This document shows positions 1 to 12,317 of a DNA stretch of 50,340 nucleotides, piece by piece. A program made the position numbers and the translations under genes. The notes beneath the pieces are model-generated. The model searched no databases. It had not been told where the DNA came from and was given only the letters and a program-made list of their open reading frames with translations. Each line of letters starts with the position of its first letter. Within the stretch, counting starts at the first letter, position 1. The stretch spans positions 1 to 50,340 of the forward strand of contig CAWJAN010000003.1 of the NCBI GenBank assembly GCA_963840885.1, written 5' to 3'. The DNA is from an uncultured bacterium. Its GTDB lineage: Bacteria > Patescibacteriota > Minisyncoccia > Phycocordibacterales > GWA1-40-21.

Positions 1-362
1 TTGAATATAAAGGATTCGTATCCCAGAAGGAAAAGTTTGAATTGTTACAAAGAGCATGGCTCCTTATTCATCCGTCCAAGGGTGAAGGGTGGGGATTAGA
101 GCGATTGAAGCGAACTCGTTGAGTACACCTGTTATCGGCTACGATGTCGAATGGCCTGCGTGATTCAATAAAAAGCGGAGAAACAGGCATTTTAACACCA
201 ATGAGACCGGAATTACTCGCGGATGAAACAATGAAAGTTTTGGAAGACAAAAAGCTTTTTTCAGAGATGAGCAGGAACGCGCAACAATGGGCATATACCT
301 TTAATTGGGAAAAAAGCGGATGGGAAAGCTGGCAGATCATTAATCAAATATTGAATACATGA
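1..362 (+). CDS. glycosyltransferase family 1 (GT4-type), C-terminal part; 5' end outside window; frame broken twice
   Basis: Frame of nt 3 reads EYKGFVSQKEKFELLQRAWLLIHPSKGEGWGL. The expected continuation IEANSLSTPVIGYDV sits in another frame (about 104-148). NGLRDSIKSGETGIL resumes in ORF 144..362. Confidence 0.75.
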
Positions 363-1137
363 AAAGCAAAACCCTCGTTTCTATTATTATTGCAACTAAG
401 AACGAAGAAAAAAATATGTAGTTACGTGTCTCAAATCTCTTCAAGAACAAACATATCAAAATATAGAGATTATCGTTGTTGATAATAACTCCATCGATAC
501 TACTGTCATTTTAACAAAAAAGTTTTCGAAGAATGTCTACGTACATGGGGATGAGAGAAGTGAGCAAAGAAACTTTGGCGCTTATCGATCTAAAGGGGAA
601 TACTTGCTGTTTATCGATGCGGATATGATACTGACAAATGTTGTGGTCCAAAGTTGTATTAATCAAATTACATCACATAGTAATGCAGTCGCCGTTATAA
701 TCCCGGAACGATCAATTGGCGAGGGGTTTTGGGCAAGATGTAAGACTTTTGAAAAAACTTTTTATATTGGGAACAATGAAATTGAGGCCTCGCGATTCTT
801 CAAAAGGGAAATATTTCTTACATCCGGAGGCTATGATAAAGCCTTAATTAGTGGTGAAGACTGGGAATTAGGAAGACGCATTAGAAAATATGGCGATGTG
901 ATTCGCATAAATGAGTATATTATTCATAACGAAGGAAAGCTGACTTTCTTTGGTTCTCTGCGGAAGAAGTTATATTATGCAAAGAAATACCGTCAGTATG
1001 AGAAAAAGGTTGGTACAACCAAAGAGAAACAACGAACCGTTCTTCATAGATATCAGTTATACTTTTCCCAGCCAAAGAAACTCCTCACGCATCCATTACT
1101 GACAATAGGGATGTTGTTTGAAAACGAGCGAATTTAG
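359..1137 (+). CDS. glycosyltransferase family 2 (one frameshift at A7 run 408-414)
   Basis: ATG 359 overlaps the previous stop (ATGA). MKSKTLVSIIIATKNEEKN is followed, in the next frame, by VVTCLKSLQEQTYQNIEIIVVDNNS...EYLLFIDADM, which joins ORF 604..1137. Classic GT2 N-terminal and DxD layout. Confidence 0.8.
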
Positions 1138-1183
1138 TGTCGGCGCACTAGGCTATATTGGGTCGGTATCACAACAAAATGAT

Positions 1184-2132
1184 ATGGAACTTTCAATAAT
1201 TATCAATACTAGGGATCGGAAAGATATGCTTTATGCACTGCTTGAGAATGTAAAGCAGTGTGTTTTGCCCTTCAGCTATGAAGTCATTGTAGTAGAGGAT
1301 GCATCGCCCGACGACTACTCCCGTGAAATGAAAATGAAATTTCCCAAGGTTCGATTTATAAGAAATACGAAGAGATTATTTCTTATAGAATCGAGAACAT
1401 TGGTTGGAAAAACGCAAAGGGAACTTTCATCTTTTTTATAGATGATGACAATGAGATAAAAGATAAAAACCTTTTTACAAAAGCAAGAAAGATACTCGAC
1501 GCAAATGGAACTATTGGGGTGCTGGGATGCAGAACATACTATTTTGATGATCCGAAACGAATAATGATCGGGCTGAATAGTTTTAATAAGATGACCGGTA
1601 AAACGACATTCATAGGTATGAATCAGATAGATGTCGGCCAGTTGGATGGCATAAGAGACACAAACGACAACCCAAACGCTTTTTTTTTACCAAAAAAGAA
1701 TATCTCGAAAAATTGGGCGGTTTTTCTCCTGAAATAGTTCAGACATTTTTTTCCGAGGCTGATTATTCGGAGCGAATGAGGTCGCTCGGATTACGAGTTG
1801 TCCAGGCATCCGATCTAAAGGTATACCATAAATCTCCGGTTATTAATTTCAAGAAAATGACTGTGCGGAGTATGGGCGGAAGCCCGGAGCGGTTTTATTA
1901 TCTTATGCGGAACAGATTTTTGTTCATCCATAAATTTGGAACAGTTTCAGAGAAGATACTTTTTACTCTTGTGTTTTCTCACATATATACGCTATATTAT
2001 TTGGTATCACTTTTGCGTTTAAAAAACTACCCTATGATCTATTCCGGAATACGGGGAATACGGGATGGCTACATAATTATGTTGACAAATAGAATACCGA
2101 ATTATTATTCGAAAATGTATGATATACACTAA
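1184..2132 (+). CDS. glycosyltransferase family 2 (about three frameshifts)
   Basis: [16 protein letters not shown]...[11 protein letters not shown] (ORF 1118..1441), then [15 protein letters not shown] out of frame, then ORFs 1519..1737 and 1713..2132 ([23 protein letters not shown]). Breaks lie near 1380, 1440 and the T/A runs at 1680-1700. Confidence 0.7.
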
Positions 2133-3442
2133 AAAACCAATTATTTGTCTAGTCGGATTAGGGTATGTGGGTCTACCGCTTGCAGTATTATTCGGTAAAA
2201 CCGGTCTGAAAACATACGGATACACGAGAAGCAAGAAGAGAGTCGAGGAATTAAAGAAGACAAATGATCGTACCAAGGAGCTTTCGAAAAAACAATTAGA
2301 GACTACGAAGATTGAATATTCGAATGATCCTGAAATTATCAAAAAGGCCAATTTTATTATCGTAGCAGTTCCGACTCCGGTGGATGAAGCAAATAATCCG
2401 GATTTATCACCTGTCATTAGCGCGTCGGAGCTGGTTGGAAGAAATCTTCAGAAGAACAGCGTGGTAGTCTTCGAATCAACAGTATACCCCGGCGTGACTG
2501 AGGACATTTGCGTTCCGATTATTGAGAAATTTTCAAACCTGAAATGCGGAAAAGATTGGGTAGTTGGATATAGCCCAGAGCGGACAAATCCCGGGGATCA
2601 CACCCATACTCCCGATATGATCGTGAAGGTAACTTCCGGTATGGATGAAGCTAGTTCAGAATATATTGATAACATATACCAAAAGATTATTACAGCAGGA
2701 ACATTTAAAGCGAAGAATATAAAAGTAGCTGAAGCGTCCAAGGTGATAGAGAACACGCAGCGGGATATTAATATTGCTGTCATGAATGAGTTATCAATGA
2801 TCTTCGATCGTCTGGGGATTAATACCTTTGATGTATTGGAAGCGTCTGGAACAAAATGGACTTTTCTCCATTTAAGCCCGGACTTGTCGGCGGCCACTGT
2901 ATCGGAGTTGATCCGTACTATCTCGTTCAAAAAGCAGTAATCGAAGGTACCATCCACAACTGATTAGTGCTGCAAGAAGGATAAACGATAGTATGGCTTC
3001 GCATGTAGCTACCCAAATTGTAAAACTCCTTATTTCTTCGGGAAAAGAAGTTTCAGGAAGTAAAATTCTTATTATGGGGGCGACATTTAAAGAAGACGTA
3101 AAAGATAATCGTAACAGTAAAGTTGCAGATCTGATAAAGGAATTGAAAGACTACAATATAGAAGTTGATTTATATGAACCGGTATTGACAATTGATGAAC
3201 TGGGTCACGAATTTGAATTAGATAAGGAACATTTCACTTGGTATCTTGATAAGAAAAATAGGTACGATGGTATCTGTTATGCTGTTAATCATGAAGTTTT
3301 CCAAAAATATGAGTTAAAAGATCTCAAGGAGTTTTGCAAAAGGAAATCAGTTTTTTTTGATATCAAGGGAGATTTGTTCATTCACCTGACCAATCACTCT
3401 TTCTCTATAAAAGTTTATAATTCCCGGTTTACTGTACTCTAA
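2119..3442 (+). CDS. nucleotide-sugar dehydrogenase, TviB/WbpO/CapL-like (UDP-sugar 6-dehydrogenase); two frameshifts
   Basis: [13 protein letters not shown] Rossmann start, [38 protein letters not shown] is readable only after a frame change near 2870. A second change lies near 2950 before ORF 2993..3442. Confidence 0.85.
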
Positions 3443-3446
3443 AGTC

Positions 3447-4525
3447 ATGAAAATTACGTTTAACACCCATGAAAAGGCTCCACAATGGTGGGATCAAGAA
3501 GTGGAAAAACATAACGGCATTCTTTTGGGAACCTCGATGTGAGTAGGAATTTTATGAAAGCTTGGGACTCGGACAGGGACTATATCTTGAAGTTATCGTT
3601 GATAATAAGCGTACTATGCTTCTTGCGATTGGTGATGTTTTAATAGGTGGTCAGCTATTACTTTTTCTGCCAAAATCTATTCTCCGAATATTATCAAAGA
3701 TTCCCTTCTTGTGCGGATATACTTTTCATTTGCAGCCAACAGTTCTGGATAGGCACTTAGTACATGATGAAGATAAACTACTGAAAATCTCGATAAAGGT
3801 ATTGGATGAGTTAGAAAACGGCTCAAAAGTATCACAGAAATATTATGCCGGCAAGTTATATATGTTTTCCTAACAAGCAAACTGCGAAACTATTATATGA
3901 CACGCGTGAGAAGTATTCATATGGCCCATTGGGGACAACTCGCATATCGCTCGTATCAGAGGAACATAATTACAGTCGACTATCCTACAGCGTCAGAAAT
4001 AAAATATCGAAAGCAAAACGGTTGGGAATTACAAGTGAAATTTTAGACGCGAAGAATACCCATGTATATACCGAAGCTTTGTTAGAAAGTTGGAAGGCCA
4101 ATAAATTAAGCGTCAATAACACCAAATACTTTTCCCTGTTGCAACAATATGCTCCTGATAATGTTGTTTTTATAGTTTCGTATCTGGATGGAAAAGTAGT
4201 TGCAGGCGCAGGACTCTTACAGTTTGGCCATACAATTATGGAATCAAGTATTTTTGTCACTCCAGAGGCACGTGATGCACATATTCCTGGAGGCGATTTT
4301 CTTCAATGGAGTATTATTCAGTATGGCATTAGTCATAAATATACGCTCCTCGATTTGAATATGATTGGTGTTACTTTTGATAGCGAGCTGGAAGAAAAGA
4401 TCAAAAATGTTAACTATTTTAAGACAAAATGGGAAGGGGATACCATGTATGGATTAAACATTACAAAGATGAATGCATTTATGAAGCAAGTACAGGGACT
4501 TAAATATATATTTCTTGGAAAATGA
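3447..4525 (+). CDS. FemAB-like / GNAT-fold (Acetyltransf_6-type) protein, frameshifted
   Basis: ATG 3447 (MKITFNTHEKAPQWWDQEVEKHNG) continues through ORFs 3562..3873 and 3845..4525. RLSYSVRNKISKAKRLGI and the C-terminal GNAT-like core resemble FemAB-family proteins. Assignment is by motif memory only. Confidence 0.5.
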
Positions 4526-5264
4526 ATACAAAAAAAGATTTTTTTTGGAACAGTGATGAAAGCATACAAAGATATGCGAATGATGAATATTTTCTGTTTG
4601 ACGTTGAAAAAGTCATGTTATTTGAAGCCATCATGCTGCTTCGCAAGAAAATATCCGATATTAAGGTATTAGATATCGGTTGCGGTGGGGGCAGAACAAC
4701 TGTGCCGTTGCATAATATTGGACTTAAAGTCGTCGGGCTAGATCCAGCAGATAAATTGATTCGTTCTTTGCAAACCAAATACCCCTCAATTATCATCTGT
4801 CATTGGAAGTGCGGACAAGATCTCGTTTTTAAAAATAATTCTTTCGACATTGTGATATTTAGTCACAACAGTATTGACTATTTAAAGCCTTATAGGAATC
4901 GAGAAAGGGCATTGGATGAGATACACAGGGTGTTAAAAAAAGATGGATTTTTTATTTTTTCGTCACATGTTTTTCAATTTATTCCATATAACCTCACAAT
5001 ATTGCGAAACATTCTGAGAAATGCGACGGAATTTTCGATGCTCCGCAGCAAAGGTTACTTCCATGAAAAGATGAGTAATGGCATGACAGTCGATACGTAT
5101 TCGATTACACGTGAAGAGAAAAAAAGGAGCTCGCATTGCATGGGTTTCATATGTTAAAATCATCTCGGATCAATATGTATAACAAGTCACCGATCCGCTT
5201 ACTAATCGAAAATTATCTCAGTTGGGAACAATACTATCTAACACAAAAAACTCCTCATGAGTAA
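4522..5264 (+). CDS. class I SAM-dependent methyltransferase (frameshift at A7 run 5119-5125)
   Basis: VLDIGCGGGRTT motif I and DIVIFSHNSIDYL. After the A run the other frame reads ELALHGFHMLKSS...YYLTQKTPHE, with a stop at 5262-5264. Confidence 0.75.
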
Positions 5265-5937
5265 AGAAATTGCGAATACACAATACTATAACCAAGGATT
5301 CGAGATCCCGTCAAGTTCTTGCGGATCGAAAAGGTTTTTAATTTCATCACAAGCAACTTTTCATTCTCGAAAAAAACCAAGATTCTGGATATAGGTTGCT
5401 ACGGAAGTCATCTATTATACAAGCTGCATGCGAGGGGATACTCGCAACTCTTTGGTATAGATATTGTAAAACTGAAAAATGAATATGACTTTGAGTACAA
5501 TTTCTCAAAAGAGGATATCGAAAAGAAAACGAGCTTTCCTGATAAAAACTTTGACATATGCGTAATGTCCCACGTTTTAGAACATTTGTATGATGTGCCG
5601 GCAGCCGTAAGAGAAATCAAACGAATTTTGAAGGTGAACGGAAGCTTCGTGTTGTGTCTTCCTCTAGATTCAAATTTATTCGCGCGTACCCGTTATTTAT
5701 TCAATGCCCCTATTCATAACCCGTTCTCTACCGGAACACATATCAAGTTCTATAAATATAAAAAAGTATTAGAATATTTCAAGAAAATGGTTTTTCAATA
5801 GAAAATACTCAGATTTTCATCAATCCATTATGGTTTTATATGACAAAAAATATCCCTTTTTAAAAAAAATTGCATCTCTCTCTCCTGACAACTTTTCCAG
5901 TGAGATTGTGCTGCAGCTAAAGAAAATCACAGAATAG
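5257..5937 (+). CDS. class I SAM-dependent methyltransferase (about three frameshifts)
   Basis: ATG 5257 (MSKEIANTQYYNQGFE), then ORF 5319..5801 with ILDIGCYGSHL and DICVMSHVLEHL. The C-terminus NGFSIENTQIF...SSEIVLQLKKITE is readable in shifted frames up to the stop at 5935-5937. Confidence 0.7.
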
Positions 5938-5939
5938 CA

Positions 5940-6912
5940 ATGGATATTACATTACTGACGCGTAAGACAATACTTGTAACCGGCGGATGCGGCTTTCTCG
6001 GATCGAATCTTTGCGAAAAACTACTGAGTCTCGGGGCTTTTGTTGTTTGCGTAGACGATTTCTCTCAAGGAAAAGCTGCCAACGTAGCCGGCCTTATGAC
6101 TCATCCGAATTTCGAGTGCATAGAAAGTGATTGCAATGTTAGGAAATCCATAACTCCTATATTTAAGAAGCACAAAATCGACTATGTTTTTCACTATGCA
6201 GCAACAGTGGGAGTTAAGCGTACGATAGAGAACCCCCTAGCGGTTTTGGAAGATGGAGAAGGGATTAGGAATATTTTCATGTTATCTCATGAAAATAAGG
6301 ATTAAGAAGGTCGTCTTCGCATCGTCATCTGAAGTGTACGGTGAGCCCACTGAGCTTCCTGAGAAAGAAACGAGTCCCTTGGGTCCGGAGTTACCCTACG
6401 CGCTAGTGAAGTTGTTGGGCGAAAAATACTGTCTGGCATATTGGGAGAAGTATAGATTGCCTACCGTTGCTCTCCGATTCTTCAATGTATACGGCCCGAA
6501 ACAGGAAGCATCCGACTATGGATTCGTGGTTGGAATTTTTATAAAGCAGGCATTGGAGAACGAAAATCTAACTATTTTCGGCGACGGTACGCAAACCAGG
6601 GATTTTGTCTTTATAGAAGATAATGTAAATGCCGCAATTCATTCGTTAATTTCTGATAAAGCAAACGGCGAAGCCATAAATGTTGGTACAGGGAAACCGG
6701 TAACGGTACTCGAGTTGGCAAAGAAAATTATAGCATTATCAGGAAATGATGCTTCGCTTTCTTTTCTATCAAAGCGAAAGCAGGGCGAAATAACCCATCG
6801 TTACCCTGATATCAGGAAAATGGAAACACTCCTGGATTATAAACCTAGCATTACATTGGATGAAGGTCTGTTAAAAACCCTGGAATGGTATAAAAACTAT
6901 AGATCATTCTAA
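5940..6912 (+). CDS. NAD-dependent epimerase/dehydratase (SDR, UDP-sugar 4-epimerase/decarboxylase type); one frameshift near 6295
   Basis: ILVTGGCGFLGSNL, VVFASSSEVYGEP and the YxxxK region. ORFs 5940..6305 and 6253..6912 join if one G is removed at AAGGATT. Confidence 0.85.
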
Positions 6913-6946
6913 TAAAAATACTCGTATTCTGTCCCCATTAAATCTC

Positions 6947-8587
6947 ATGAATATTCGCGCACGACAGTATTGGCCATATATTGTGCTAACCATAGCAGCA
7001 TGTCTGCCATTTTTCATATATGGAGGTCGTGTGATAAATTCTCCTTATTTAAATCTCAAGTATTTTTCTTTTCAACAATTCTTTGGAGTTTGGTCGCAAG
7101 CGAATAAAGGTGGATTTTCTTATTATTTTCTCCCGTTTGATATTGGCGTGTCCACTCTCATGCGCGTTATGCCTCAGTCCTACGTTATTGAATTTACCGA
7201 TGCCATAGTGCTGTTCATAGCATTAATAAGTTCTTTTAAGTTATGTAAATATATATCTTCAAGCACTAAAATCGGACTGGTAGGAGCTTTTGTATATTCA
7301 TATTCAATCTTCGGGCAGTTCATGAGTAACTGGACGAATTCCGTCAGGTTCAATTATTTTTTCACTGGCCCCATTATTTTTTTATTCTTTTCTGTCGGCA
7401 GACGAAAAAACGAATTTTATTAAAACCGGGATAGCGCTCGGATTATGGAGTATTTTATTTATCGATGTAAATATTACTTTCATAGCGTATTTATATTTTT
7501 TTCTCGTCAGTGCGATAGTATTTCGACTTCTTACCGAATCGAGACAAATAGCGAAAAACCTGACACTGACTCTTATTGTGTTTACTCTTTGTTATATCAG
7601 CATCAATAGTGTAGCGTTTATATCATTTTTTTCCGACAGTTTTTTGCAAAGATCATACTTAACAAATGTGCTTGCAGCCGAATCTGTGGATTGGAAATCT
7701 TCAACAAGCTATGTGCACGAATTGTTTCGAGAACTGGGTGCACTGAATTATTATTATATGTTCTTAAACATTCGCATATCCCAACGCGCAAGTTTATCAA
7801 ACAAATCCATTAGTTATGCTCGCGAGCTATATGTTCCCGATTTTGGCGTTGATAAGTATTATTGTAAATCTTACTATTCCCAAGGTACGTGCGTTTATGA
7901 CGTTCCTACTAGTTATGCTCCTTTTTTGTCTCTTCATGGCTATGGGAGTATTTCTCTTATCGCCGACACGATATATTTATAGTCTGTTAACATATATTCC
8001 ATATTTTTCAATCTTTAGAGATACGTATAAGGTAATGTTTATCATAAACCTTATATACACAGTACTTATTGTGTACTTACTTATGTATATCAAGAATGTG
8101 CACAAAAATGTATTCAATATCTCGTTAGTGACAATCGTCGCGCTCGTTTTGATTAACTCTTACCAATATTGGACAGGCACTTTTTTAAATCAGGAACTCA
8201 TCTCTATTCCGAAATACTGGTATGATTTCAGCACTTTTTATCGAACTGACTATAGCAACAGCTCCGTTCTTTTTATGCCTAGAGATTTCGTTTCCGGCAT
8301 ATACATTTACGGCAGATCGAGGAAAAGCTACGACATTTTTCCGACCGCTCGTGAATGATAATCAAATTAACAATATAGACATTGTAAAAACACTTACAAG
8401 CGAAGCGCTCGTGTATGCCTACAATCAATATGCGTCTAAAGATTTTTCTACCATATTAGGATTCTATGCGATTCCGACTGTCCTCGTTCAGCATGATGTC
8501 GACTGGACGATATATAAGGCGAATAATCCGCGTCGAATAGAGCAAAGCCTGAATCACAATGTTGATTTCGTAAAATCGTTTCAATAA
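6947..8587 (+). CDS. polytopic membrane protein, possible GT-C-type glycosyltransferase; at least three frameshifts
   Basis: ORFs 6947..7423, 7578..7982, 7816..8358 and 8222..8587 are contiguous hydrophobic segments. The stretch 7424-7577 reads on in the frame of 7578 (KTGIALGLWSILFIDVNITF). Confidence 0.5.
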
Positions 8588-8589
8588 AT

Positions 8590-10668
8590 ATGAATATACA
8601 ACTCCGCCAATATCCATACGATAAAGATTGTACATTAGCTGTTACGCTCGATGATCTTCACCCCGAGGGAATAGAAAATTCGGATACATTGGATTTTGGT
8701 CATAATTTGAAAGGAGACTTCTGGACGAGAATCGATCATTTGGCGAAAACAATACCACTGATAAAAGTTACTATCTTTACAGTTGCTGATTGGCTTGACC
8801 GCAGCGATTTTCCTTCTGGAATTTTCCAGCCATTGAGAAGAGTACATCGCAAACGAAGATCATACATACCAGGCACATTCCGCCTGGATAGTCCGAAATA
8901 TAAAAAATGGGTCTACGCGCTAAACAGTAAGATACAGAAAGGTACTATTGAAATAGCACTCCATGGATTAACGCATCACAATAATAATCCTGCATTCTCT
9001 TCCAGTACTGAATTTCTCGGCATATCAAAGCAGGCGACAAACCAGAAGATTATAAACATGGTAGATATATTTAAAAAATCAGGTTTACGGTTCGCTGCCG
9101 GTTTTCGGGCTCCCGGGTGGGGTGTTACAAAAGGTTTGGTCGATGATTTAGAACAAAACAAGATGACGTACACAGCGAATAGCGCCGGTTTGTATGTTTC
9201 TCTCCAAGGTAATACGTTAAGCAAAGTTGGCTTAAAGAACCAAAAACTCTACGAACCGAATTTCATAGGCAAAGGTTTGGTTAATTTCACCGCGAATTGT
9301 TATCCGTACCAATATCAGAGAGCAGTTGAGATTGCAAAAAGGAATGGAATTATCATAGTTCACGCACATATAGCGAAGACAATATTTGGTTTGAAATATG
9401 TCGATAAGAATTTTGTAAATAATGTTAAGAAAATCATCAATGAAATTTCTAATCAGACAATGCAGCATGTATGGTTTGCATCACTGTCTGAGATAGCAGA
9501 ATTTTTATTAGCGAAGGAAAAAACAACACATACGAAAATTGATTCTGAAAAGATATCATTTACAAACAGAAGCAGTTTCGATCTGAAAGGTTTAACAATA
9601 TATGTCAATAACGAACCCTTTGTTATTGATTTAATAAGAGCAAAATCAACACGCATATTGGACATATCCAAGTATAAAAACGAGAGGACGAAAGTTTCAA
9701 TTATACTAACAGTCTATAATGGTGAGCAAAATGTTATTGAATCACTCGAATCATTGGTCCATCAAACGTATCATAATATCGAAATTATCGTTGTAAATGA
9801 CGGTTCGAGAGATAAAACCCGGACTGTATTACAGAAATATGTTAAGCAAAGTAGCGATCAACGAATTTCTATTTTGAATCAAACGAACCAAGGGAGAGCA
9901 CGGGCGAGAAATAATGGTTTTAAGAAAAGTTCAGGCGACATAGTTACATTTTGCGAGGATGACGCGAAATACGATAAAGATTATATTAAAAATGCGGTCG
10001 AAATATTCACTCGCGAGAAAGGAAAGTTGGGAGGAGTTATCGGACCGCATTATGTGTGGAATAAAAACGCAAGCATAAATACTCGCGCTAAGGATGTAGA
10101 ACGGCGAAGGAACTTTATCGGATACAAACCATCCTCATGTTGGTTTTACAGAAGGGAAGATTTTATAAAAGCTGGAATGTTTGATGAGACATTAGAGATG
10201 GTAGACGATGTAGTCCCGGCGTACGTACTTAAAAAGAAAGGGTACCATTTTGTTTTCGCCGAAAACTGCAGATGGTTACATAAAGAGCCTGTAAATTTTA
10301 GGATGTATCTGCGAAGAAAGTTCAGGGGAGGGATGGGATTAGCATTACTTCAAAAGACAGGATGGAAAAAACAAATTGTTCCTTTCAAATATTGGCTTGC
10401 ACTTGTTGGAATACTAACTATTGCAGTCGCTTGTATTCTATGGGAGCCTCTGTTATTTTTATTACTTCTGCCTGTTATGATGATAGCACTGGCAGTAATG
10501 CGGTCGGGTGATATCCGAAAGGTTCGATCGCACACAAATGAAACGCTTCCGTTCCTCGTGTTGGAAGTTTATATCGAATATATCTGGTGGTCTGCTACAT
10601 TTCTTGGCTATTTATACGGCTTAACGTTATCCGTACATTCAATTGATACGTATTTGAAAGGAAGATGA
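8590..10668 (+). CDS. fusion protein: DUF2334/polysaccharide-deacetylase-like domain + GT2 domain + C-terminal TM helices
   Basis: N-terminus LAVTLDDLHP...ALHGLTHH. The middle has VSIILTVYNGEQNV...IIVVNDGSRDKT...FCEDDA (GT2). The C-terminus is hydrophobic (LALVGILTIAVACILWEPLLFLLLLPVMMIAL). Confidence 0.7.
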   Translation: MNIQLRQYPYDKDCTLAVTLDDLHPEGIENSDTLDFGHNLKGDFWTRIDHLAKTIPLIKVTIFTVADWLDRSDFPSGIFQPLRRVHRKRRSYIPGTFRLDSPKYKKWVYALNSKIQKGTIEIALHGLTHHNNNPAFSSSTEFLGISKQATNQKIINMVDIFKKSGLRFAAGFRAPGWGVTKGLVDDLEQNKMTYTANSAGLYVSLQGNTLSKVGLKNQKLYEPNFIGKGLVNFTANCYPYQYQRAVEIAKRNGIIIVHAHIAKTIFGLKYVDKNFVNNVKKIINEISNQTMQHVWFASLSEIAEFLLAKEKTTHTKIDSEKISFTNRSSFDLKGLTIYVNNEPFVIDLIRAKSTRILDISKYKNERTKVSIILTVYNGEQNVIESLESLVHQTYHNIEIIVVNDGSRDKTRTVLQKYVKQSSDQRISILNQTNQGRARARNNGFKKSSGDIVTFCEDDAKYDKDYIKNAVEIFTREKGKLGGVIGPHYVWNKNASINTRAKDVERRRNFIGYKPSSCWFYRREDFIKAGMFDETLEMVDDVVPAYVLKKKGYHFVFAENCRWLHKEPVNFRMYLRRKFRGGMGLALLQKTGWKKQIVPFKYWLALVGILTIAVACILWEPLLFLLLLPVMMIALAVMRSGDIRKVRSHTNETLPFLVLEVYIEYIWWSATFLGYLYGLTLSVHSIDTYLKGR

Positions 10669-11348
10669 AATTTTTTATTGCATCACTATTTTTGCTGTTT
10701 TTCGCTGTTACACCAGCATTCGCACAACTTGACTTTTATCGCGTCCCATCTCAGCAGATATATCCTGAAGTATATATCCCCCAAAAGATTCTCTACGTCA
10801 ACTCATTGGATGAAATGAAGAAAAACCTTCTTAAAAATCCGAATACTCCTGTGGCTTATGTATTTAACACGCAGCAGCCGCAGGCTGACCTGAGAAACTA
10901 TCATCTTAAAGCACTGCCGAGCTTAACGGTTCGAAAAATCAATAATTCCCGATATATACTAACCATAGATAACATGACCGGAGACATCGTATTGGTTTTC
11001 AACCAGAAGTACCATGCCGCGTGGGATATTTCTACGAATAATGACGATGTCAAATGCGGTCTGCCGATGACGGTATATAAAAAATTTAATGTTTATGTAT
11101 GCAATGCTCTCAATATGAATTATAATATCATCGATGGACTTGAAGGGCTGGCGCAGAAGAAGCAAATCAAAGCCGAACACTTCTCGGTGAATGACTTAAG
11201 TAATGCGTGGCTCATCCATAGTACATCCCCGCATATGGATATCCTAATGGAGTTTGAAATTCAAAATTACTTTTACATCGGCTTTATCGTTTCATTTTTG
11301 GCCACCTGCTTTTGTATTGGGTACTTGATTACACATTTGAAAAAATAA
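10665..11348 (+). CDS. hypothetical exported protein with C-terminal membrane anchor
   Basis: Intact ORF with start overlapping the previous stop. Signal-like MKFFIASLFLLFFAVTPAFA and a C-terminal TM segment FYIGFIVSFLATCFCIGYLI. Confidence 0.55.
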   Translation: MKFFIASLFLLFFAVTPAFAQLDFYRVPSQQIYPEVYIPQKILYVNSLDEMKKNLLKNPNTPVAYVFNTQQPQADLRNYHLKALPSLTVRKINNSRYILTIDNMTGDIVLVFNQKYHAAWDISTNNDDVKCGLPMTVYKKFNVYVCNALNMNYNIIDGLEGLAQKKQIKAEHFSVNDLSNAWLIHSTSPHMDILMEFEIQNYFYIGFIVSFLATCFCIGYLITHLKK

Positions 11349-11349
11349 C

Positions 11350-12312
11350 ATGAAAATATTATTGACAGGATCTGCTGGTTTTATAGGATTTCATACTGCA
11401 AGAAAGCTGCTTGATCTGGGATATGAGGTTGTTGGGATTGATAATTTTAACGATTATTATGATCCACAGATAAAACGCGATCGCAACAAACTTCTATGCG
11501 GGTATAAAAATTTCTACTCCTATGAGGAAAATATTGCCAATAAAGAAAAAGTTAAAAAAATCTGCACTGAACATACGATTAATAAAATATGCCATTTGGC
11601 AGCACAAGCAGGCGTCAGATATTCACTTATCGATCCATTTTCTTATGAAGAATCAAATGTAAAAGGTTTTTTGGTGATGTTGGAAGTCGCGCGCCATCAT
11701 GATATACATGATTTTGTTTTCGCGTCCAGCGCATCAGTGTACGGAAACAATAAAATGCCGAAGAAAGGATTTTCTGAAAAAGATAGAGTAGATCATCCTA
11801 TGTCAATATATGGCGCGACAAAGCGCGCGAACGAGCTCATGGCGTTTTCTTATCAGCATTTATTTGGAATTAATTGTACGGCTTTGAGGTTTTTTAGTGT
11901 TTATGGTCCATGGGGACGGCCTGATATGGCACTGTTTAAATTTACAAAAGCCATTCTCGCAAATGAGGAAGTCTCGGTATTTAACTATGGTAAGATGACA
12001 AGGAACTTCACATACATCGATGATATTGTTTCAGGTGTGCTTGCCGCACTACAGAAGCCCTTCCCATATGAGATTTTTAACTTAGGTAATAATAGGACCG
12101 TTCCGCTAACACATTTTATCACCCAGATTGAAAGCGAACTGCGAAAAAAGGCAAAAATAAAGTTAATGCCAATGCAGCAGGGAGACATCCCTGATTCGCT
12201 TGCAAACGTGACGCATGCGTATGAAGAATTGGGTTTTATACCTAAAACAAATGTTGAAGGTGGAATAAAGCAATTTATCGACTGGTATAAAGAATACTAT
12301 CAGGTGAAATAA
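11350..12312 (+). CDS. NAD-dependent epimerase, UDP-glucuronate 4-epimerase-like
   Basis: MKILLTGSAGFIGFH, GIDNFNDYYDPQIKRDR, ASSASVYG, YGATKRANE. Confidence 0.8.
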   Translation: MKILLTGSAGFIGFHTARKLLDLGYEVVGIDNFNDYYDPQIKRDRNKLLCGYKNFYSYEENIANKEKVKKICTEHTINKICHLAAQAGVRYSLIDPFSYEESNVKGFLVMLEVARHHDIHDFVFASSASVYGNNKMPKKGFSEKDRVDHPMSIYGATKRANELMAFSYQHLFGINCTALRFFSVYGPWGRPDMALFKFTKAILANEEVSVFNYGKMTRNFTYIDDIVSGVLAALQKPFPYEIFNLGNNRTVPLTHFITQIESELRKKAKIKLMPMQQGDIPDSLANVTHAYEELGFIPKTNVEGGIKQFIDWYKEYYQVK

Positions 12313-12317
12313 GTGCT

